Shown here piece by piece: positions 38,335-46,444 of a stretch of 64,000 nt of DNA (position 1 is its first letter; every line of letters begins with the position of its first letter). The stretch lies in IMG/VR virus record IMGVR_UViG_3300033156_000312, positions 1 through 64,000 of that record. One strand, given 5' to 3'. The notes under the pieces are model-generated. The model worked only from the letters and a program-made list of their open reading frames with translations. It made no database searches and was not told where the DNA came from. Source of the DNA: a virus. A program made the translations under genes and the position numbers.

Positions 38335-38952
38335 GTGATGAAAACTAAAAAACGTAATCGCAAAGGCAAAAATAACAGTAATTATATAGATGGAAGATGT
38401 TTAAAAAAGCATTACTGTAAAGATTGTGGAAAAAAGATTTCTTTACAAACTGCTATATATGGAAAAGGAAAATGTAATTCTTGTTCTCATATAATACACG
38501 GAGAATATTTAAAAGTTCATTATTGTATAGATTGTAATAAAGAAATAGGAAATAGAGCTACAAGATGTAGAAAATGTGCAGACAAATTACATAGCGAAAG
38601 AATGTCAACTAAGTTGAATTATTTTGCTGGAAAACACTTTACAAAAGAAAAAAACCCGAATTGGCAATATGGACTTTCATTTGAAGAATATGGTGCAGAA
38701 TTCGATAATGCTCTCAAAGAACAAGTAAGACAAAGAGACCATTATAAGTGTAGAATTTGTGGATGTAGTCAAGTAGAGAACGAAAGACAGTTAGATGTTC
38801 ATCATATTGATTATGATAAGAAAAATAACGATATGAACAATCTTTTGACTTTATGTGTGCATTGTCATAGAAAGACCAATCACAATCGAGATTATTGGTT
38901 TGCTTATTGTCGATATATTATTTCATATTTAAAAAGAAATAAGTTAATATAA
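38335..38952 (+). CDS. Free-standing HNH endonuclease with CxxC fingers
   Basis: VRQRD.YKC..C...LDVHHIDY...NLLTLC..CH...NRDYWFAY; paralogue of 16199. Confidence 0.85.
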   Translation: MMKTKKRNRKGKNNSNYIDGRCLKKHYCKDCGKKISLQTAIYGKGKCNSCSHIIHGEYLKVHYCIDCNKEIGNRATRCRKCADKLHSERMSTKLNYFAGKHFTKEKNPNWQYGLSFEEYGAEFDNALKEQVRQRDHYKCRICGCSQVENERQLDVHHIDYDKKNNDMNNLLTLCVHCHRKTNHNRDYWFAYCRYIISYLKRNKLI

Positions 38953-39536
38953 TGAATATAACAAACACCAAAAAATTCTTATTTGAAATAGCGGATGTGC
39001 TTGAGAAACACAATATAGAATTTTGTATATTTGCAGGCAATCTTTTAGGTTTAATTAGAGACGGAGATTTCATTCCATGGGATAAAGATATTGATTTAGC
39101 AGTGCGAACTCGCTTTTGGAACGATACTAAATTATTCAAAAAAGTTGCTGAAGATTTAATAAGAAAAAATATTTCACTTGATTATATTTGGAATAATGAT
39201 ATTTTAAGAATAGGAAAATATGGAATTCCTTGTCATATTATTTACTTACGAAAAAATAATAAAGAATATTATCAATATGCAAATTCAGGGAAACATAGTT
39301 TCCCTTTAGAATGTATGAATACTTTTGATGAAATAAAATTTTGCGGAAGAAAATTTAAGATTCCTCATAATTCAAAAAAGTTATTAGAAAACACTTTTGG
39401 GAAATCATGGAAAATTCCTATGAAAGAATCAGCATGCAAAAGATTAAATAAAACTAAACTAAATTGGAAATCAGTAATTAATAAAGACAGATTTCATCTG
39501 AATTATATTATACCGTTTTTTGAGGAGGAACAATGA
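38952..39536 (+). CDS. LicD-family phosphotransferase
   Basis: GNLLGLIRDGDFIPWDKDID...F.G..FKIP...L...FG..W.IP. Confidence 0.88.
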   Translation: MNITNTKKFLFEIADVLEKHNIEFCIFAGNLLGLIRDGDFIPWDKDIDLAVRTRFWNDTKLFKKVAEDLIRKNISLDYIWNNDILRIGKYGIPCHIIYLRKNNKEYYQYANSGKHSFPLECMNTFDEIKFCGRKFKIPHNSKKLLENTFGKSWKIPMKESACKRLNKTKLNWKSVINKDRFHLNYIIPFFEEEQ

Positions 39537-40162
39537 GATATGTCATAGGATTTGGGACAGGAAGAAGCGGAACAGTATCTCTCGCTAAATTGCTTAATGA
39601 TTGTAAAAATGTAAACGTATCTCATGAATTTAGAGATAGAGGAGTTTATCATAGATTATCATGGAAGTTTAAGCAAAACGAAGCTAAAGAGAGATTAGAT
39701 AATTTGAGAAAATTAGAAGGTAAATTAGTAGGAGATGTTGCACATTATTATTTGAACTATATAGATTATTTTGTAGAAAAATTAGAAACAGATATTAAAT
39801 TTGTGCTTCTTGGAAGAGATGCCGAAGAAACTGTCAAATCATTTATGAAGAAATCAAGAGGATTCAATCATTGGATGTCTCCTCATACAAAAGTATTTAA
39901 AGATGGCAAATACAGACATATAGATTGGGATAGAACATTTCCAAAATATAATGATGCCACATCAAAGAGACAAGCTATTTCTTTCTATGTAAATCATTAT
40001 TATATTAGATGTATGGGATTAATAGGTCTATACCCAAAACGAATATTTCTATTAGATATAAAAGAAATAAATAATAAGAAAAAACAAAAAGAACTATTTG
40101 ATTTTCTTGAAATTCCCGAAGAAGATAGAGTATATCAGAGAATTTGGGAGAATAAATCATGA
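39533..40162 (+). CDS. Second sulfotransferase-fold protein
   Basis: GTGRSGTVSL P-loop, SHE and L.RD....VKS. Confidence 0.7.
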   Translation: MRYVIGFGTGRSGTVSLAKLLNDCKNVNVSHEFRDRGVYHRLSWKFKQNEAKERLDNLRKLEGKLVGDVAHYYLNYIDYFVEKLETDIKFVLLGRDAEETVKSFMKKSRGFNHWMSPHTKVFKDGKYRHIDWDRTFPKYNDATSKRQAISFYVNHYYIRCMGLIGLYPKRIFLLDIKEINNKKKQKELFDFLEIPEEDRVYQRIWENKS

Positions 40163-40725
40163 ATCCTACTATAAAAGATATACAAAAACTAATGAACAAT
40201 AAAACAATTTGTCTAATTGGCAACTCACGGTCTATATTGAAGAATGAAAAAGATATAGATATATATGATGTTATTTGTAGATGTAATAGAGGAAAACCTC
40301 AAGGAAAATCTAAATATATAGGTAGTAGAACAGACATATTATTTTTATCAACGAAAATAGATGGAGTCAGATTACAGAGAAACTTTAATCCCCGATTCAT
40401 AATCTGGCTCCCCCCTGGGCGAAAGCGAGTTACACCTTTCGTAAAAAACAATGCCTATTTCGTGCCCAAAGAAGAATGGCAAATATTATACGATAAACTT
40501 TCTGGAGAATATCGTCCTTCAACAGGACTTATGGCTTTGAATTTTATACTAAATCATCTTGAATTTAAGAAGCTCATTATTTACGGATTTGACTTCTTCA
40601 AATCTGGGACATGGTATCATCAAATAAAGAGCGGAGTGCATGAAGCTCATAATCCAGAAGAAGAGAAAAAGATAATAATAGAAATGATTAAGAATCGACC
40701 AAACGTGGAAATGAGAATAGAATGA
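40159..40725 (+). CDS. GT29 sialyltransferase-like glycosyltransferase
   Basis: Sialylmotif-like LIGNS..IL...ID.YDVICRCN...GSRTD; PSTG, YGFDFF and H....E. Confidence 0.8.
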   Translation: MNPTIKDIQKLMNNKTICLIGNSRSILKNEKDIDIYDVICRCNRGKPQGKSKYIGSRTDILFLSTKIDGVRLQRNFNPRFIIWLPPGRKRVTPFVKNNAYFVPKEEWQILYDKLSGEYRPSTGLMALNFILNHLEFKKLIIYGFDFFKSGTWYHQIKSGVHEAHNPEEEKKIIIEMIKNRPNVEMRIE

Positions 40726-41336
40726 TAATAATATCTTATGCAACTAAAAATACTCCTTATATGCAAGTAATTGAGCAAAGATTAAAACCTACTTTAAAGA
40801 AATTTAAGCTTAAATATGATATAGAATATCCAGAAGATTTTGGTTCATGGCAAGAAAATACTCATTATAAAGCCGAATTTATCAAGAAGATGCTTCTAAG
40901 ACATAAAGAAGCTGTCTGTTTTATTGATTCTGATGCTACTATAGAAAAATATCCTAAATTATTATATAAATTACAAGACTACGATATGAGTTTACATTAT
41001 CTTGATTTTGATTTACAATGGAGAAAAAAATCAGGCACAAAACGAGAAGCTCTTAGTGGCACTTTATATTTAAATTATAATGAAAAAATGTTGAAATTTC
41101 TTGATGACTGGATAGCTGAAAATGAAATCGATGCTCAATGGGAACAAAGAAATATGCAAAAAGTATTGGAAAGATGGAAAGATAAATTGAGAATATATCC
41201 TCTCCCATACGAATATATAGTTATAGTATATGGGGGAGATAGAATACCTTCTCATATGGTCAAAAAAGAAGATGTAGTAATTCTCCATCATCAAGCGTCC
41301 AGACGTTATAGAAATTGGAAACGGAGAAAAAAATGA
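40722..41336 (+). CDS. Nucleotide-diphospho-sugar transferase (GT-A, GT77-like)
   Basis: W..N..YKA.FI, FIDSDA, SGTLY, EQ, LP.EY and HHQASRR. Confidence 0.75.
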   Translation: MIIISYATKNTPYMQVIEQRLKPTLKKFKLKYDIEYPEDFGSWQENTHYKAEFIKKMLLRHKEAVCFIDSDATIEKYPKLLYKLQDYDMSLHYLDFDLQWRKKSGTKREALSGTLYLNYNEKMLKFLDDWIAENEIDAQWEQRNMQKVLERWKDKLRIYPLPYEYIVIVYGGDRIPSHMVKKEDVVILHHQASRRYRNWKRRKK

Positions 41337-41698
41337 TTTTAATGATATGTGCTATAATAACAAATATAGGAGATTATGTTACTACATTAATAGGATTTCA
41401 TTTTGGTTGCACTGAAGCAAATCCGTTAGCAAGATGTTTATTTAAAATTCCGATTATAGCATTTTTGATTAAGATACCATTAGTAACCTATTGGTTAATT
41501 ACAGGAAATAGTTTATTACATTTAATAGCGACTATTTTGCTCGGTTTTTGTTGTATTAATAATATAATTCAAATTATGAAAATGAGGAGAGTAATAAAAT
41601 GGATAAGCCAAGCCAACTCATTATCATTGGGGGCGGCCCGTCTATACGTGAAGGAATTAGTAAGGGTCTATGGCAAAGAATACAAAATAAATTTGTAA
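41333..41698 (+). CDS. DUF5658-like small membrane protein
   Basis: D..TT..G...G..EANP motif; hydrophobic. Confidence 0.6.
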   Translation: MILMICAIITNIGDYVTTLIGFHFGCTEANPLARCLFKIPIIAFLIKIPLVTYWLITGNSLLHLIATILLGFCCINNIIQIMKMRRVIKWISQANSLSLGAARLYVKELVRVYGKEYKINL

Positions 41699-42291
41699 TA
41701 GGAATCAATTTCTCCTATAAGTATCACAAAGACCCCACAATTCAATGTTTTCTCGATTGGAAATTTTTTCAACAGAATAAAGAAGAAATGTTAAAGCTTC
41801 CTTTGATAGTTACAAAAAAACATAACAAGATTTCTGGTAATAATATGATTTATTTACGACCTACAACTAATTATCGTAGAGATTTAAGTAGTGGGGCGTG
41901 GAAGGGTTCTTTAACAGGTATTTATGCTGTCTCTTTAGGGATTTATTTATTAGATGAAGGGACAATTTTTTTGTTGGGCTACGATTTCGATGGCATTTCA
42001 CAGAAGGATTCAAAAAAACCTCTTACACATTATTTTCAGGGACAATATAAACATAATGGGGTAGGAAAAGTGAGTTATTATAGAACTAAAGGCAAAGCTC
42101 AAAATGATTTTCATCCGTTCGCTAAAGAGAAAAAAGTTAAGATATATAATGTCTCTCTAAATAGTAAGATACCACAATTTGAGAAGATAAGTTACGATAA
42201 ATTCTTTTCTCTTTTAAATAATAAAAAATATAATCAAGTAGTATTACGAGAGTGGATTAAGAATAAATTAAAAGGAAAACCTGAGAAATAG
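41599..42291 (+). CDS. Maf/DUF115 (MptE-like) glycosyltransferase-related protein
   Basis: IIIGGGPS, VIGIN, G..A..L, LLGYDF, THYF and IYNVS..S. Confidence 0.7.
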   Translation: MDKPSQLIIIGGGPSIREGISKGLWQRIQNKFVIGINFSYKYHKDPTIQCFLDWKFFQQNKEEMLKLPLIVTKKHNKISGNNMIYLRPTTNYRRDLSSGAWKGSLTGIYAVSLGIYLLDEGTIFLLGYDFDGISQKDSKKPLTHYFQGQYKHNGVGKVSYYRTKGKAQNDFHPFAKEKKVKIYNVSLNSKIPQFEKISYDKFFSLLNNKKYNQVVLREWIKNKLKGKPEK

Positions 42292-42468
42292 TTATATCTA
42301 AAGGAGGTAAGAAAATGAATAGAAGAAAAACTGAAAAATTGATGCGATTAAAAGGATGTGAAGACTGTAAAAATTTAACTTGTCTCTGGAATAGTGAAGT
42401 AGCCACTAAAAGTGTGGCAAATGTTTTTACATCTAAATATAATTGTAATACAAGTAAAAGGAAATAAA

Positions 42469-42939
42469 ATGGAAATAAAAAGAGGAGATTTAATTCTTCT
42501 ATATTATAGATTCGACCCTATTGCTTGGCTTATTAGAAGAAAAACACATAGCAAATGGAATCATATAGGAGTAGCATTGCATGGAACTAAAATTATAGAT
42601 TTAAGAGCTACTAAGCTTCGCTATGCAAAGATTTCTCGCTTTACTAAAAGCTGTATTTATAAAATCAAAATCTTACGCATTAAAAATTTAACTCCAGAAA
42701 TAAGAGAACATTTAATTAACACTCTTGCGAAACAATCAGAAATAAGACATTATTTCAAGATGTTGTGGAAATTTTTTCTGATGTTCTTCAATATCCCTAC
42801 TGATATTTGTCTTAGTTGCTCAGAAGTAATCGCACAAGCATTAAGAGAGAAGAATATAGACATTTGCTCTGGAAAAGATGTGCGATTGATTACTCCCGAA
42901 GATTTTAACAAAAGTAAAGAGGTCTATCATGTCTCCTAA
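42469..42939 (+). CDS. Permuted papain-like NlpC/P60 (YiiX/YebB, C92) protein
   Basis: GDLIL...IR..T.S.WNHIG ... CSE.I...ITPED. Confidence 0.75.
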   Translation: MEIKRGDLILLYYRFDPIAWLIRRKTHSKWNHIGVALHGTKIIDLRATKLRYAKISRFTKSCIYKIKILRIKNLTPEIREHLINTLAKQSEIRHYFKMLWKFFLMFFNIPTDICLSCSEVIAQALREKNIDICSGKDVRLITPEDFNKSKEVYHVS

Positions 42940-43603
42940 AATAGCAATTCTTGTTCCATGTTACAATGAAGAAAATCATATTAACAATATGATTTCTAAA
43001 TTAAATAAATTGTCGTTACCTTATTTGTTTGTAAATGATGGTTCTACAGATTGCACTCATAAAATTCTACATAGTATTCAATGCCCTTATATTGAGTATT
43101 ATCCAAACAAAGGCAAAGGATATGCCATAAAAAAAGGAGCTAAACATTTAATAGCTCAAGGATATGATTATATTTTGATTATAGATTCAGACGAACAAAA
43201 TGATATGAATGATTATTCACAATTTGTGAATGTTTTAAAAATACATCCAGATGCAAAAATTGTTATAGGAAATAGATTTCATAACCCTCAAAACATGCCA
43301 ACTATAAGATATTATACTAATAAATGCATGTCTTGGATTATATCCAAATTAGCTCATCAAAAAATAACAGATACTCAATGTGGGTTTAGATTAGTGCATA
43401 AAGAGGTATTTAAAATAAGAACAAAAAGTTTACGATTTGAATACGAATCCGAACAATTAATCAAAGCTGGAAGAAAAGGATATAAAATAGTATCGACTCC
43501 TATCAAATGTATTTATTTTAAAGATAGAAAATCCAAAATTAGACCTTTACAAGATACATTCAGATTTTTTAAAATGTTATTAAATATTTATTTAATAAAA
43601 TAG
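42929..43603 (+). CDS. GT2 glycosyltransferase (DPM1-like)
   Basis: PCYNEE, VNDGSTD, NKGKG.A, DSD.Q and DTQCGFR. Confidence 0.92.
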   Translation: MSPKIAILVPCYNEENHINNMISKLNKLSLPYLFVNDGSTDCTHKILHSIQCPYIEYYPNKGKGYAIKKGAKHLIAQGYDYILIIDSDEQNDMNDYSQFVNVLKIHPDAKIVIGNRFHNPQNMPTIRYYTNKCMSWIISKLAHQKITDTQCGFRLVHKEVFKIRTKSLRFEYESEQLIKAGRKGYKIVSTPIKCIYFKDRKSKIRPLQDTFRFFKMLLNIYLIK

Positions 43604-45723
43604 GGATGAACCCACCAATTTTCATTATATTGAAATGGCAGTGGACAATTTGAATGGTCTGTTGATTCGTAATCTATTAATTGAGTTATTGTATATTTTC
43701 CCCAAAACCATAAGGAATTATAATCACATCTTGTGTCTCCCCCTCCTATATAAGTCGGAGCATCTGGACTTTGCCATGCAGAAGAAGGACTATCAGGAGT
43801 TACAAAATAGTTATACATATCCAAAGACCAAGGCCAATCATCAGCGGGACATAAATTTGGAACATTATAATATTTAATTCCTGCGTATATGTTTTTATCT
43901 ATAGGATAACTTGAATCAGCAAGAATAATATCCCCATTCGCATAAAATTTACTGATTGTTAATTCTTTACAACAATATTGAATAGTGCCAGTTACTTTTG
44001 GAGGCGTTTTGCCATGCACATTATCCCCAAACCATACAGTATCAGCAAATATCCAATAAACTGTATCTTCTGGCCCATAACTTATCACCTCTCCAGGTTC
44101 TATTCTTGTCCATTCTTTTCCTCGAATTGTTACAGTTGCAGATTTATCGATAACGTCTGAATGTAATAAAGTTATATGAGTAGTTCCAAATAAATAACTT
44201 TCATTATGATATTCTTCTGCCAAATACATAGCCCCATCAGTTTTAGTCAATATACGATTATAACTTCCTCTGGTTAAAGCATTTTGCCAAGAAAATTCCC
44301 ATTCCGTTTCATCTAAAACTTGAACGGCCTTATAAGAAGTTCCAAACAGTTTGGTCTTTACTGAAGCATATCTGTTTATTTTTTTGTTTCTCTCCAAATT
44401 ATCCATATCCCATCTATTAGGAACATACATAGTGAATTTATATACTGATTTATCTTCTTTTACCGAACCAGCAGAGTTATATAAATTATCAAAACAGTTC
44501 ATATCTATCGCAGGAGACCATGTTGCCCAAGAATGACATAAATCCCATTGTCTAATATAACTTTCTCGTTTTATTGAGCTTAATTCATATGTTGGAGTAA
44601 ATACTCCTATATGCTGATATATTCCTCCGTCTTTATGTTCTAACGTTACTTGTTTACCTGTTGCAATAGCATCCTCTAAAAACCCGCATCCAACAAAATT
44701 ACGCTCAGAAAGATTTTGAGGAGAAACTTTATATTCATCTAATTTAATTTCATTAGGTCGTGCATCGCTGAGAATTGTGATTTGAAGTTTTATATCAGAT
44801 TCTATAGTATTCCCAGGGAAAAAAGTGCACCATTGGTCAGTTCTGCTTTCATGTCCTGAATATTTAATAAATTTACCCAAACAATGAGGAATTGGAACAG
44901 TATCATCACAACCACAGGCCCAATCGTATCCTCCAATACCATAATATCCCTGTTCAGCACATTTGCCTCCTGAAGCTTCGTAACATCCCTTATCTGTTGG
45001 CCCGAAGTATCTTCCTATTTGTTGTTGTAAATAAAAAATCCAATAATAATGACAATAAGCATCTCCTGTATGCCAATTCGCCCAATTGAACCACGATAAA
45101 TTCCCTTTTAAATATCTTGTATTAGCTCGATAAATAATTGCAGGAATCATTGGAATTTCAGAAGGGATTGGATGTCTTAAATCTTCAAAATGTATGTTTT
45201 GAATTGAACCTTTCCAATTCTTTAAATCGGGAGGAATCCAATCGTATTGATAATAGAGGTCGCCCACTGAACGCCTTTCATTTCCTTCATCATCATAATT
45301 GAAATATTGTTCTTTAGTAATACCGATACATTCCAATATTTTCTCTGTAGAATCTCTAATCTCTTGAATTAATTGTTTTGTAACTAAAAAATAGGCAGGG
45401 TCTCCTGGAACTAATGATTCGGGAATAGGACTAAATTCTGTTCTTTCAGAAGTAGGAATTCCTGCATCTATCTCTTGTTGTTTTCTGGCATCTTGGATTT
45501 CTTGTAAATGGTCTTTATGTATAACAGTAATCCCAGAATATAACTGTTTATCATTTAAATCAGTTACATATCCTGGGATTCCATTTAATGTAAGTAAAGG
45601 GTCATCTTTCCAAGTATAAATCCCTTGATTACGATAATACTCTCTTAGAGCTTCATCTGCTATTGGGTCTCCAGAGTTTATTATCCTACTAAAACACACT
45701 GGACATCTCTTGACATCTGCCAT
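43588..45723 (-). CDS. Putative tail-tip / receptor-binding virion protein
   Basis: Last gene of the tail operon; H..E(I/L) repeats near the N-terminus; rich in Cys, Trp and Tyr. Confidence 0.55.
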   Translation of the reverse strand: MADVKRCPVCFSRIINSGDPIADEALREYYRNQGIYTWKDDPLLTLNGIPGYVTDLNDKQLYSGITVIHKDHLQEIQDARKQQEIDAGIPTSERTEFSPIPESLVPGDPAYFLVTKQLIQEIRDSTEKILECIGITKEQYFNYDDEGNERRSVGDLYYQYDWIPPDLKNWKGSIQNIHFEDLRHPIPSEIPMIPAIIYRANTRYLKGNLSWFNWANWHTGDAYCHYYWIFYLQQQIGRYFGPTDKGCYEASGGKCAEQGYYGIGGYDWACGCDDTVPIPHCLGKFIKYSGHESRTDQWCTFFPGNTIESDIKLQITILSDARPNEIKLDEYKVSPQNLSERNFVGCGFLEDAIATGKQVTLEHKDGGIYQHIGVFTPTYELSSIKRESYIRQWDLCHSWATWSPAIDMNCFDNLYNSAGSVKEDKSVYKFTMYVPNRWDMDNLERNKKINRYASVKTKLFGTSYKAVQVLDETEWEFSWQNALTRGSYNRILTKTDGAMYLAEEYHNESYLFGTTHITLLHSDVIDKSATVTIRGKEWTRIEPGEVISYGPEDTVYWIFADTVWFGDNVHGKTPPKVTGTIQYCCKELTISKFYANGDIILADSSYPIDKNIYAGIKYYNVPNLCPADDWPWSLDMYNYFVTPDSPSSAWQSPDAPTYIGGGDTRCDYNSLWFWGKYTITQLIDYESTDHSNCPLPFQYNENWWVHPYFIK

Positions 45724-45733
45724 ACCTTACTCC

Positions 45734-46435
45734 TTACGCTGTCGGGTCATATTCTGAATATGTTGCAAATAATCTCCAACACCTTGCATTTTTATCCCAC
45801 GTTATAGCATTTTTAGAGCCATCTTCATTGTATAAAGGACTTCGTTTTGGATTTCCATTTTCGTCATTTACTATATTTCCGTTAGAGTCTCTTTCAACAA
45901 AATAACACGATTTAATATCAATTTCAATTGCTTTTACTCCCCAACTTTTTGTTTTTGCATCAAAATCTAAATGAAGTGGCCCTATCATTTGAACACCGTC
46001 TAATCCATGTTCATTTTCATTAGATAATTTTATATTTGGTTCTTCTGTCCAAAATTGTTGAGTGTGAGGGTTATAATCTGTCATATCTTCATATTCTACA
46101 ATTTCTAATTGTTCTGAAATTAAAGCTCCTCCTGACCATCTTGTATGAGAATGTTTATTATAAGCTTTATTGGGAGTTGCATCAGGAGCTATTGCCCCAT
46201 AGCTGGGATATAATAATTCTAAATCATTCCAAGCTAACAGTCCCCCGTAAATCCCCCCAGCTCCACTTCCAGGCTCAACGGGCCCAGATAAACTTCTGTC
46301 TCGAATACCTCCTACTTTAGAATACGGAACTGGTTCGTCATGTTCTTCTGTATCTGATAACTGTCTTAATTTTGCTTTTAAATTGACTATTTCTTGTTCT
46401 AACAATTCAATTCGTTGATTTAGTGTCAACTTCAT
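45734..46435 (-). CDS. Putative minor tail protein
   Basis: N-terminal coiled coil; position in tail module. Confidence 0.5.
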   Translation of the reverse strand: MKLTLNQRIELLEQEIVNLKAKLRQLSDTEEHDEPVPYSKVGGIRDRSLSGPVEPGSGAGGIYGGLLAWNDLELLYPSYGAIAPDATPNKAYNKHSHTRWSGGALISEQLEIVEYEDMTDYNPHTQQFWTEEPNIKLSNENEHGLDGVQMIGPLHLDFDAKTKSWGVKAIEIDIKSCYFVERDSNGNIVNDENGNPKRSPLYNEDGSKNAITWDKNARCWRLFATYSEYDPTA

Positions 46436-46444
46436 ATATTCTCC

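Noticed and set aside
1299-41294. Many short minus-strand ORFs in the left arm (and plus-strand ORFs in the right arm)
   Set aside because: They are antisense shadows of well-supported genes and show no recognisable motifs.
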